Of a stretch of 64,000 bases of DNA, positions 51,187-59,617 are shown piece after piece (within the stretch, counting starts at the first letter, position 1; every line of letters starts with the position of its first letter). Below the pieces are notes generated by a model that saw only the letters and a program-made list of their open reading frames with translations, was not told the DNA's origin and ran no database searches. The stretch comes from Candidatus Moraniibacteriota bacterium (lineage in GTDB: Bacteria; Patescibacteriota; Minisyncoccia; Moranbacterales; GCA-2747515): the NCBI GenBank assembly GCA_046116545.1, contig CP175956.1, forward strand, positions 513,734 to 577,733, read 5' to 3'. A program made the position numbers and the translations under genes.

Positions 51187-53811
51187 ATGACAATAACAAA
51201 GATAAAAAAGAGAAATAAGAAAGTTGTGGATTTTGATAGAAATCGTATTGAGATTGCTATTGAGAAAGCTTGTACGGAGGTTGGAGAGATAGATAAGTCA
51301 TTTATCAAGCCACTTACAGATGAGATAATTCATGATTTAGAATATTCTTTTGAAGATGATTGTAATGAGATATCACCAACTGTTGAAGATGTCCAAGATA
51401 TTATAGAGAGACATTTAGTAAGTGCAAACAAATATGAAGTAGTAAAAGCATATATTTTGTATAGGGCAGGACGAGGTGAAGAACGTGCTGAAAAAGAACA
51501 GGATTTGAAAGAGCAATTTGAACAACACACTTTGAAGGTTATTAAAGATGATGGTTCAAGGGAAAATTTCAATAATAACAAGATAAAAAAAGTACTTGAT
51601 AGAGCGACTATTGGATATAAGAGACAGTGTACATTTAAAGTTTTTACGCAAGCATTTAAGAAAAATATTGTAGAAGATATTAAAACTTCAGACATAAACA
51701 AATTGATGATAAAAACTTGCATTGATTTAGTTAGTGTCGAAAATATACATTGGCAACATGTAGCTGCTCGTATTTTTGTAAGTAATTTGTATAAACAAGC
51801 TACTAGGAATAGGGATATGTCAATGAAAGAGCTTTATACACCAGAAGCATATAAAGATTTATTTGATGAATACATTGAAAATGGATTATATTATAAAGAT
51901 TTTTATAAATATTATTCAGAAGAAGATATTTTAAAAGCTGGAAAGTTGCTTAGTGAAAATACTGATAAGTCTTATGAATACACGACTGTATTATCATTAG
52001 AAAAAAGATATCTATTAAATCCAAATGGAGTTGTAAAAGAATTACCTCAAGAATTATACATGTCTGTTGCACTTTTTCTGGCTATTCCAGAGTCTGATGA
52101 GAATAGATTAAAATTTGCTATGAAGCTATATAAGCATTGCAGTGAGCAGAGAATTTCTCTACCTACTCCAACACTATTAAATGCTAGAACGAACTACAAT
52201 CAACTCTCAAGTTGTTTTAAAGCTAACGTAGATGATGATTTGCGAGCTATTTTTCATAGTTTTGAGAATATGGCACAAATATCAAAATTTGGTGGTGGTG
52301 TAGGTGTTTATTGGGGAAATATTCGTGCCAGAGGGGGATCTATTAGAGGTGTTTATGGAGCAAGTGGAGGCGTGAATCCTTGGATAAAAATTGTAAATGA
52401 TACAGCCATTGCTGTAAATCAGTTAGGTTCTAGACTCGGTGCTATTTCTGTGACTTTGGATGTATGGCATTTAGATATACATGACTTTTTAGATTTGCAG
52501 ACAGAAACAGGGGATATACGATCAAAAGCTTTTGATGTTTTTCCAGCTGTTTCAATGCCTGATATTTTCATGAGGAGAGTGCAAAATGATGAGGAATGGA
52601 CACTTTTTGATCCACATGAGATCAATGAAAAATACGGCAAAAAATTACAAGATAATTTTGGGGATGAATTTGAAAAGTTTTATGAAGAACTTGAAAAAGA
52701 TGATGAGCTAAAAATGAAAAAAACAGTTTCTGCAAAAGATCTATTTAAAAAGTTTATGAAGATAGCTGTTGAAACGGGTATGCCCTATGTGTTTTTTCGA
52801 GATACTATAAATGCAGTGAATCCAAATAAGCATGCTGGAAATATTTATAGTTCACAACTTTGTACTGAAATTTGTCAAAATACTTCTCCAACTAAATTTA
52901 TAGAAGAGGTAATTGAAGATGGAAAGATTGTTATAAGATATGAGCCTGGAGATTTTGTAGTTTGTAATCTTGCTTCTATAAATGTTGCGAAGGTTTATGA
53001 AGAAAAAGTAATTGCAGATGTGATACCAACTGTTATGCGAGTTTTGGACAATGTGATAACGCTTAATTATTATCCTATAAAAGAAGCAGAAAGAACTGCT
53101 ATGAGATACAGAAGTGTTGGTTTGGGATATTTAGGACTTGCTGAGTATTTGGCAACTAGAAAAATAGCGTATGAAACACAAGAAGCGCGTGACGAAGTAA
53201 ATAAGTTATTTGAAAAATATACGTATCATACATACAGAGCTTCTGCAGATATTGCAATTGAGCGAGGTGCGTATCAATTGTGGGAGGGAAGTGAATATAG
53301 TAAAGGAATATTATTAGGAAGAAAACAGGCTTGGTATACAAAAAATACTGGTAGAGCAGCTGAGTGGAAAAAGCTTTTTACAGATATAAAAAGCACTGGT
53401 GTGAGATTTGGATATCATACAGCGCCTGCACCAAACACTTCAACCGCGGGATTAGTTGGAACTACTGCAGCACTGCTTCCAATTTATAAAAGATATTTTG
53501 TGGAAACAAATTTGTCAGCGCCAACTGTAAGAGTTGCTCCTAAATTGGATAAGGAAAACTTTTGGTATTACAAAGAGTATGTATCAATGGATATGAATGA
53601 TGTAATTGATATGATGAGCGTGATTTATCAATGGGTTGATCAGTCAGTTAGTTTTGAATGGATGATAGATCCATCACGCACAAGTCCAAAGAAATTATAT
53701 GAATATTATATGAATGCATGGGAAAAGAAAATTAAGACAGTGTATTATGTAAGGAGTTTGTCAGGAGAGGTTCAAAAGACAGATAATGTATGCATCAGTT
53801 GTTCAGGTTAA
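51187..53811 (+). CDS. nrdA: Class I ribonucleotide reductase alpha subunit with tandem ATP-cone-like N-terminus
   Basis: LPTPTL.NA, QLSSCF, SQLCTEI, VCNLASIN, APNTST, KTVYY, C-terminal CISC. Confidence 0.95.
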   Translation: MTITKIKKRNKKVVDFDRNRIEIAIEKACTEVGEIDKSFIKPLTDEIIHDLEYSFEDDCNEISPTVEDVQDIIERHLVSANKYEVVKAYILYRAGRGEERAEKEQDLKEQFEQHTLKVIKDDGSRENFNNNKIKKVLDRATIGYKRQCTFKVFTQAFKKNIVEDIKTSDINKLMIKTCIDLVSVENIHWQHVAARIFVSNLYKQATRNRDMSMKELYTPEAYKDLFDEYIENGLYYKDFYKYYSEEDILKAGKLLSENTDKSYEYTTVLSLEKRYLLNPNGVVKELPQELYMSVALFLAIPESDENRLKFAMKLYKHCSEQRISLPTPTLLNARTNYNQLSSCFKANVDDDLRAIFHSFENMAQISKFGGGVGVYWGNIRARGGSIRGVYGASGGVNPWIKIVNDTAIAVNQLGSRLGAISVTLDVWHLDIHDFLDLQTETGDIRSKAFDVFPAVSMPDIFMRRVQNDEEWTLFDPHEINEKYGKKLQDNFGDEFEKFYEELEKDDELKMKKTVSAKDLFKKFMKIAVETGMPYVFFRDTINAVNPNKHAGNIYSSQLCTEICQNTSPTKFIEEVIEDGKIVIRYEPGDFVVCNLASINVAKVYEEKVIADVIPTVMRVLDNVITLNYYPIKEAERTAMRYRSVGLGYLGLAEYLATRKIAYETQEARDEVNKLFEKYTYHTYRASADIAIERGAYQLWEGSEYSKGILLGRKQAWYTKNTGRAAEWKKLFTDIKSTGVRFGYHTAPAPNTSTAGLVGTTAALLPIYKRYFVETNLSAPTVRVAPKLDKENFWYYKEYVSMDMNDVIDMMSVIYQWVDQSVSFEWMIDPSRTSPKKLYEYYMNAWEKKIKTVYYVRSLSGEVQKTDNVCISCSG

Positions 53812-53836
53812 TTTTTAAAAAAGTATTAAATAGATT

Positions 53837-54877
53837 ATGACAAAATTAAAAAAGAGACCAATATTTAATCCAAAAGGAAATGATGATGTAGAAAAGCGTA
53901 CTATTATAAATGGAAATACTACAGGTTTATTTCAATTGAATGCTACAAAATATCAGTGGGCAACTGCATTGTATCCTGTGATGATTGGAAACTTTTGGGT
54001 TCCAGAAAAAGTATCAGGACTCAAAGATGATGCGCGTATGTTTCAAAAAGATTTAACAAAAGAAGAACAAGAAGCATATAAAGGGATTCTTTCTTTTTTA
54101 ATTTTTCTTGATTCTATTCAAACTGTAAATCTGCCAAATTTTTCAGATTACATAACTTCTCCTGAAGTAAATTTGATTTTATCAATCCAAGCATATCAAG
54201 AAGCAATTCATTCTCAGTCATATGCAACAATTTTAGAGACTGTTGTAGACGGGGAGGATAGGGATGATATATATTATTATTGGCGTGATGATAAAATTTT
54301 GTTGAATAGAAATAAATACATAGGACAAATCTATCAAGATTTTATAGATAATCCAAATGATAAAACTTTTTTCAAAGGTATTGTAGCTAATTATTTATTG
54401 GAGTCGTTATATTTTTATAATGGGTTTGCATTTTTTGATACTCTTGTAGATCATACAAAAATGTTAGCAACTGGTAGAATGATAGCTTATATACGTAGAG
54501 ATGAATTAACGCATGTTACATTATTTGCTCACATTATAAAAGAAATTCAACAAGAGTTTCCAGATATTTATGATGAAAAGGTGATACGTGAAATGACTAA
54601 AATTGCAGTAGAGCAAGAGATTGAATGGAGTAAGCATATACTTGGAAATAAAATACCAGGACTTAACAGTAGGACGACAGTAGATTATACAAGATGGTTG
54701 GCTAATCAAAGAATGGAGTTATTAGGATTGACACCATTATATCCAGAGGCAATTGAAAATCCATATAAACATCTAGATAGACTTCAAGATACAAATAGTG
54801 ATAAAGGAAACTTCTTTGAGTCAACAGTTGTGAATTATACACAATCAAGTAGCATGAATGGAAGTTGGGATTTTTAA
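53837..54877 (+). CDS. nrdB: Class I ribonucleotide reductase beta subunit
   Basis: FWVPE, FLDSIQ, QEAIHSQSY, LESLYFY.GF, RDELTH, NFFE..V..Y. Confidence 0.95.
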   Translation: MTKLKKRPIFNPKGNDDVEKRTIINGNTTGLFQLNATKYQWATALYPVMIGNFWVPEKVSGLKDDARMFQKDLTKEEQEAYKGILSFLIFLDSIQTVNLPNFSDYITSPEVNLILSIQAYQEAIHSQSYATILETVVDGEDRDDIYYYWRDDKILLNRNKYIGQIYQDFIDNPNDKTFFKGIVANYLLESLYFYNGFAFFDTLVDHTKMLATGRMIAYIRRDELTHVTLFAHIIKEIQQEFPDIYDEKVIREMTKIAVEQEIEWSKHILGNKIPGLNSRTTVDYTRWLANQRMELLGLTPLYPEAIENPYKHLDRLQDTNSDKGNFFESTVVNYTQSSSMNGSWDF

Positions 54878-54961
54878 GAACGTATAATAATATCTGTGAA
54901 AATGAAAAACACCCTCAGCTCATTATGAGTGGGGGTGTTCTATATTTTTTGGGACAATGAC

Positions 54962-55321
54962 TTAGTGCGTTGATTTACTGACAAGTGCATGAAATAATGA
55001 TTGTCCAATATTTTGAGTCAGTCCTTGTGCGTAACTAGTAAAATCACGACGTGTCATATTTGATTTGTGTATAACTCGAAGGGCTTTGTGATGTGTATCA
55101 CCTGACTGGTTAGTGAGGAAAATAAAGATAAATCCGGTAACACGACGAGTTCTTTTGGATTTTCCGTTTGATTTTTTATACATGTAACGTTGATGATAAC
55201 TGCGAATCTCACAATGTGTCCATTGGTTAAAGTTTTGTGCAAGTTCTTTTGGAATTTCTGGTTTTACTCGATGTATAGCAGCTTTTTGTAAAGCAACGTT
55301 TACGGTAGCACGTTTTTTCAT
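54962..55321 (-). CDS. Hypothetical basic protein
   Basis: 119-aa ORF with SD GAGAGG downstream of tRNA-Leu. Confidence 0.6.
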   Translation of the reverse strand: MKKRATVNVALQKAAIHRVKPEIPKELAQNFNQWTHCEIRSYHQRYMYKKSNGKSKRTRRVTGFIFIFLTNQSGDTHHKALRVIHKSNMTRRDFTSYAQGLTQNIGQSLFHALVSKSTH

Positions 55322-55415
55322 ACCAAACCTCTCTTTTTGGTTGAATTAATAAAAAGAACTATGTAAAAACAAAACAAAGCAATCTTAACTGTAAAATCAC
55401 TTTGTTTTATTTTTG

Positions 55416-55500
55416 TGCTGAGGAGAGGACTTGAACCTCCACGGGATTAACTCCCACTAGGGCCTAAACCTAGCGCGTCTACCAATTCCGCCACCCCAGC
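55416..55500 (-). tRNA. tRNA-Leu (anticodon TAG), CCA not encoded
   Basis: GCTGGGG...GGAATTGGTAGAC...CTAGG-TTTAGGC-CCTAG, long variable arm, GGTTCAAGTCC...CCTCAGCA. Confidence 0.97.
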
Positions 55501-55626
55501 AATATTACCTAGTATACGCATTTGTCAGCATTTTGCAATGTTGACAAAAATCATTAAATGTGCTATATTAATATATTACGATAGATATGATTGTTATTTA
55601 ACAACAAAAATACCAGGAGGTATATT

Positions 55627-56355
55627 ATGAAGAAGATTACAATTACAGTATTGTTTTGTGTATTATTTGCAACACCAGTATTTGCAAATACTTTTCATAT
55701 AGCAGAAGGAACTTTGCTAAGAAGTAGAGTTGATGCAACTTTGATGAATTACGAGGGCAATGAAGATCAAGTTATGGATTCCAGAGGTGGAGTCTATACA
55801 GTGCAGCTGTATAACTGGTCTGGTAATTGCAGAGAGGCTAGAGTATACGCGCCTAATGGAGCTGTTGCGCAAACTAGTATTTGTGTCCAACGGCCTCAGA
55901 CTAACAGAGTAAGTCAACGGCCAGTAAATCAAAGGTCTCAGTATAACATTCAGTATCAAGATGCAATGCGTAATAAGCAATTACATCTTGCGCAAGCTCA
56001 GAATAATGTAGGACAACAATCCAGTGGTTGGTTTGCTGACAAGCCTGGATTACAGTTTGGTATTCGGGGCAATCCGGATTCACCGTTTCAAGCAGTGGAC
56101 ACACAGCATGTTCCTCTTAATCAAATTTATGCAATGAGTGATGAAGATTTTGCAAGGTTTAGAGAGAGAACGGACTGGGCAACTAGTAGTTATATTCCAC
56201 AAACGATTCAGAACAGTGGAGATGCTGCTGAGGCTGGTACACGGTGGACTAGTGGTAATTATAATAATAGTTACCAACAAAATGCAATTCCAGAGGCATT
56301 TAATCAAGGTTTTGCTGATATTATTAATAGAGGATTAAGTAATATTTTCAATTAA
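55627..56355 (+). CDS. Secreted Q/N-rich hypothetical protein
   Basis: Signal peptide MKKITITVLFCVLFATPVFA; SD AGGAGG; promoter TTGACA-17-TATATT; start reassigned to 55627. Confidence 0.8.
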   Translation: MKKITITVLFCVLFATPVFANTFHIAEGTLLRSRVDATLMNYEGNEDQVMDSRGGVYTVQLYNWSGNCREARVYAPNGAVAQTSICVQRPQTNRVSQRPVNQRSQYNIQYQDAMRNKQLHLAQAQNNVGQQSSGWFADKPGLQFGIRGNPDSPFQAVDTQHVPLNQIYAMSDEDFARFRERTDWATSSYIPQTIQNSGDAAEAGTRWTSGNYNNSYQQNAIPEAFNQGFADIINRGLSNIFN

Positions 56356-56513
56356 ATGGGATGAAAATGAGAAAAATATTATTAATAGCAGTCAAAATCA
56401 TAGACCACGTCAACAACAGTGGCAAGAAGGATGGTAACAACATCTTTCTATAAAAAATAAACAGCGTTTCACTTTAACATAAGCGAAACGCTGTTTTTCT
56501 TTTTTGATATTAG

Positions 56514-56810
56514 TTATTTCACAATACTTTTAATCCTAGCAGCTTCTTGATCTAATGCTGGAGACTTTTCATATTCTCCATGATGTCTTGTATCATTGCC
56601 ATAGGTGTGTTTTTTTTGATCAAGGTGAAAACTAATTTGTACATTGCGACCTTCGGTTTTTACATACATATGAAATCGAGGATAGCCAGCTCGTGCTTGT
56701 GGATTAATAAAGCTCATTTCACCTTGGTCTGTTTTGTGTTGATATTGGTAACCAGCTCTTCTGAGTGCTGTTACAGGATTTGTTGATAAATTTTCAATTG
56801 TGAATCTCAT
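56514..56810 (-). CDS. Hypothetical protein
   Basis: LRRAGY, YPRFHMY, HLDQKK..Y...HHGEY look like conserved motifs. Confidence 0.75.
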   Translation of the reverse strand: MRFTIENLSTNPVTALRRAGYQYQHKTDQGEMSFINPQARAGYPRFHMYVKTEGRNVQISFHLDQKKHTYGNDTRHHGEYEKSPALDQEAARIKSIVK

Positions 56811-56838
56811 ATATTTTTAATAAAAAATTTATAAATTA

Positions 56839-56964
56839 TATCATTTTGAACTTGAGTTAGAATCTAAATTAGACTATTTATATGAACAATGTAGATCCCG
56901 GGTCACAGCCCAGGACGTCTTTCTCTTGAACAGAGTTCAATTCACCTTGAAGCCCGGGATGACA
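56839..56964. repeat. Degenerate (G)TCAT...ATGACA palindromic element
   Basis: TCATTTTGAACTTG...AGAATCT...AGATCCCGGG...GCCCGGGATGACA; GC-rich remnant in an AT-rich spacer. Confidence 0.5.
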
Positions 56965-56970
56965 AGTGTA

Positions 56971-58428
56971 TTATTTGACCCAGTGTTTATCTTTTATCTT
57001 TTCTTCATCACACATTCGTTTTTCTTCTATTTTATCTTTTGCTAAATTTTGCAATGTATCCAGGTCTTCATTTTTTAGTAGCAAGGCTCTTTTTGATAAA
57101 TGTTTTAGTGTATTTTGGGAGGGGTCTTCAATTACTTCAGCTAATAGTACATTTAGGATCGCACCAATTTGAGGTCCTGGTGTAAAATCTAAATCCTGTA
57201 ACATTATATCTCCATTTAACTTTAGCATCTTTACGCTGATTGGGTCAGTAGATACTTTGTCTACCATATATTCAAAATGTCGGAGTTTATAAGGCTTTGC
57301 TTTTGGAGTGTTTGAGCCAAGTCTATCTCCAATACGTACAGCCATTAAGTCTTTCATATTTTCAAGTCCAACTTTTTTGATAAGTCTGCGGACAGCTGTT
57401 TCTGTTACTTCATCAACGCTATAATAAAACATGTGATTTTTTACCAATAGTACAGTTTTATCAATAATTTTTTTGGAAAATTTCATTCTATTCATTATCA
57501 CGCCAGTCATGCGAGCACTTATATATTCATGATTATGAAAGGTGCAATCACGACCACTACCTTGTTTTGATTCTGGTTTTCCTATGTCATGAAAAAGTGC
57601 AGCAAGACGCACTTCTAGTTTTTTGCTTGGACATTTATCAGCAGCTTTTAAGTTGTGTTCCCAAACTGTGAGTGTATGATGATGGTTTTGTTCCACTCCT
57701 ATGCCGTATTCTAATTCTGGCAAAAAATGTGTCAGCAGGCCAGTGTCACAAAGCATTTGAATGCCATGTTGGGGGTGGTCGCTTAAAACTATTTTTACAA
57801 ATTCATCACGTACTCTTTCTATGGAAATGTTATTAAGTAGAGAATCTTTTTGAGTTATTGCCATGGATGTTTTTTCTTCGATTGTAAAATTGAGCTCCGC
57901 AGCAAATCTCACAGCACGCATCATGCGAAGAGCATCCTCATCAAAACGTTCAATAGGATTCCCCACTGCTTTTATAAGTTTTTTTGAAATATCATCTTGA
58001 CCGTTAAAGGGGTCTATAAGTGTATTATTTATATCAAGCGCCAGAGCATTCATTGTAAAATCTCTACGGGACAAATCTTCCGCTAGAGTTTCTGCAAACT
58101 CTACTTCATCAGGTCGTCTGTTATCTGAGTAGGTAGATTCAATTCTATAAGTAGTAACTTCGACAATATCATGTTCACGATCTTTTTTTCCAACAGATAA
58201 AAATGGTTCAACTTTTACACCAACTGTACCAAAATCATTTTCATAAAAACTATCGGGAAAAATTTCTTGCACTTGCTCAGGCTTTGCATTTGTCGTGACA
58301 TCCCAGTCTTTAGGTATGCGGTCAACAGTTAAGTCACGCACGCAACCACCAACAATATACGCTTCAAAATCAGCATCTGTAAGCGCTTGTAAAACTTCTT
58401 TTACTTCGTTAGGAATTGAATTTATCAT
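56971..58428 (-). CDS. cca: CCA tRNA nucleotidyltransferase with HD domain
   Basis: VGGCVRD, DWDV, RRDFTMNA, EDALRMMRA.RF, LFHDIGK. Confidence 0.93.
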   Translation of the reverse strand: MINSIPNEVKEVLQALTDADFEAYIVGGCVRDLTVDRIPKDWDVTTNAKPEQVQEIFPDSFYENDFGTVGVKVEPFLSVGKKDREHDIVEVTTYRIESTYSDNRRPDEVEFAETLAEDLSRRDFTMNALALDINNTLIDPFNGQDDISKKLIKAVGNPIERFDEDALRMMRAVRFAAELNFTIEEKTSMAITQKDSLLNNISIERVRDEFVKIVLSDHPQHGIQMLCDTGLLTHFLPELEYGIGVEQNHHHTLTVWEHNLKAADKCPSKKLEVRLAALFHDIGKPESKQGSGRDCTFHNHEYISARMTGVIMNRMKFSKKIIDKTVLLVKNHMFYYSVDEVTETAVRRLIKKVGLENMKDLMAVRIGDRLGSNTPKAKPYKLRHFEYMVDKVSTDPISVKMLKLNGDIMLQDLDFTPGPQIGAILNVLLAEVIEDPSQNTLKHLSKRALLLKNEDLDTLQNLAKDKIEEKRMCDEEKIKDKHWVK

Positions 58429-58517
58429 ATATTTTATAGTAGCGTAAAATCATAGTTTTTGCTAGTTTATAGAATACTTGTTATTATGAACATATGATAA
58501 AAATACATACAAATAGT

Positions 58518-58556
58518 ATGGCATGTTGTTGCAGCTCTTATTGTGAGAGTTGTTGA
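58518..58556 (+). CDS. Cys-rich leader peptide MACCCSSYCESC
   Basis: ATG GCA TGT TGT TGC AGC TCT TAT TGT GAG AGT TGT TGA, ending 79 nt upstream of cysteine synthase. Confidence 0.8.
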   Translation: MACCCSSYCESC

Positions 58557-58614
58557 TTTTGTGTAAATAAGTCAGGAATAGTAACTCTCAAATCCAATGA
58601 GGGTTTTTTATTTT
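58531..58614 (+). promoter_or_regulatory. Transcription attenuator (protector/antiterminator/terminator)
   Basis: Seg1 58531-40 pairs seg2 58544-53; seg2 TGAGAGTT pairs seg3 AACTCTCA 58583-90; seg3 pairs seg4 TGAGGGTT 58598-605, followed by a U-tract. Confidence 0.8.
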
Positions 58615-58635
58615 AAAAAATTTAATTAAAAATAT

Positions 58636-59532
58636 ATGATTTACAATAATGTAATAGAAATGATTGGTAATACACCAATGATAAAATTAAATAATATAAC
58701 TAATGATGAAAAAGTAGAAATATTTGCAAAACTTGAAGGACAAAATCCTAGCGGTTCAATAAAAGATAGAATTGCACTTGCAATGATAGAACAAGCTGAG
58801 AAAGATGGCAGTCTAACAAAAGATAAAATAATTATAGAACCAACATCAGGTAATACTGGAATAGCGTTGGCTATGATTGGAGCTGTAAAAGGGTATAGAG
58901 TACATGTTGTGATGAGTAAAGCTGTTTCAATGGAGAGGAGAAAAATGATTGAAATTTTTGGAGCAGATGTAATTTTGACTGATGGAAAAGATGGTACAGA
59001 TGGAGCAATAAGAAGAGCTCATGAAATAGTTCAAGAAAATTCAGAAAAGTATTTCATGCCAAATCAATTTTCAAATGAGTATAATAAATTAGCACATTAT
59101 AAGACAACAGCTAAGGAAATTTGGGAACAAATGGATGGAAGAATTGATTACTTTGTGTCAGCACTCGGAACATCAGGAACTATTATGGGAGTAGGAAAGG
59201 GATTAAAAGAATTTGATAAAGATATAAAAATAGTTGAAGCTCAGCCAGTAAGGGGGCATTATATTCAGGGATTAAAAAATATGCAAGAAGCAATAGTTCC
59301 TGAAATTTACGATGACAGCCAAATTGATATAAGTATAAAAATTGATTCAGAAAACGCTTTTAAAATGGCTAGAAACATAATGAAAAAAGAAGGAATATCA
59401 GTTGGCATGAGTAGCGGAGCAGTGATGGATGCAGTGACTCAATTATTTGAAAATATAAAGATAAATAGTCGAATAGTTGTAATATTTCCAGATAGAGGTG
59501 AAAAATATGCAAGTACAGTACTTTTTAATTAG
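58636..59532 (+). CDS. Cysteine synthase (O-acetylserine sulfhydrylase, CysK/CysM family)
   Basis: IGNTP, NPSGSIKDR, EPTSGNTG, GTSGT, IQG, PDRGEKY. Confidence 0.95.
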   Translation: MIYNNVIEMIGNTPMIKLNNITNDEKVEIFAKLEGQNPSGSIKDRIALAMIEQAEKDGSLTKDKIIIEPTSGNTGIALAMIGAVKGYRVHVVMSKAVSMERRKMIEIFGADVILTDGKDGTDGAIRRAHEIVQENSEKYFMPNQFSNEYNKLAHYKTTAKEIWEQMDGRIDYFVSALGTSGTIMGVGKGLKEFDKDIKIVEAQPVRGHYIQGLKNMQEAIVPEIYDDSQIDISIKIDSENAFKMARNIMKKEGISVGMSSGAVMDAVTQLFENIKINSRIVVIFPDRGEKYASTVLFN

Positions 59533-59567
59533 ATAGGATATTTTACTAGTTACGAAGTTAGTATAAT

Positions 59568-59598
59568 AAAAAACCGTTACGCCCCGTAACGGTTTTTT
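59568..59598. terminator. Bidirectional intrinsic terminator
   Basis: AAAAAACCGTTACG-CCC-CGTAACGGTTTTTT. Confidence 0.85.
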
Positions 59599-59617
59599 AT
59601 GATGAGATGTAGTGGAA

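Noticed and set aside
53837-54877. Unusual (metal-free or Mn/Fe) RNR beta subunit
   Set aside because: Canonical D/E/H ligands and the radical Tyr (EAIHSQSY) appear present.
58554-58556. TGA recoded as Gly or Sec (code 25) extending the leader peptide
   Set aside because: Long genes translate intact in code 11, and TGA acts as a stop elsewhere (TrmB gene; pyrD/pyrC ATGA overlap).
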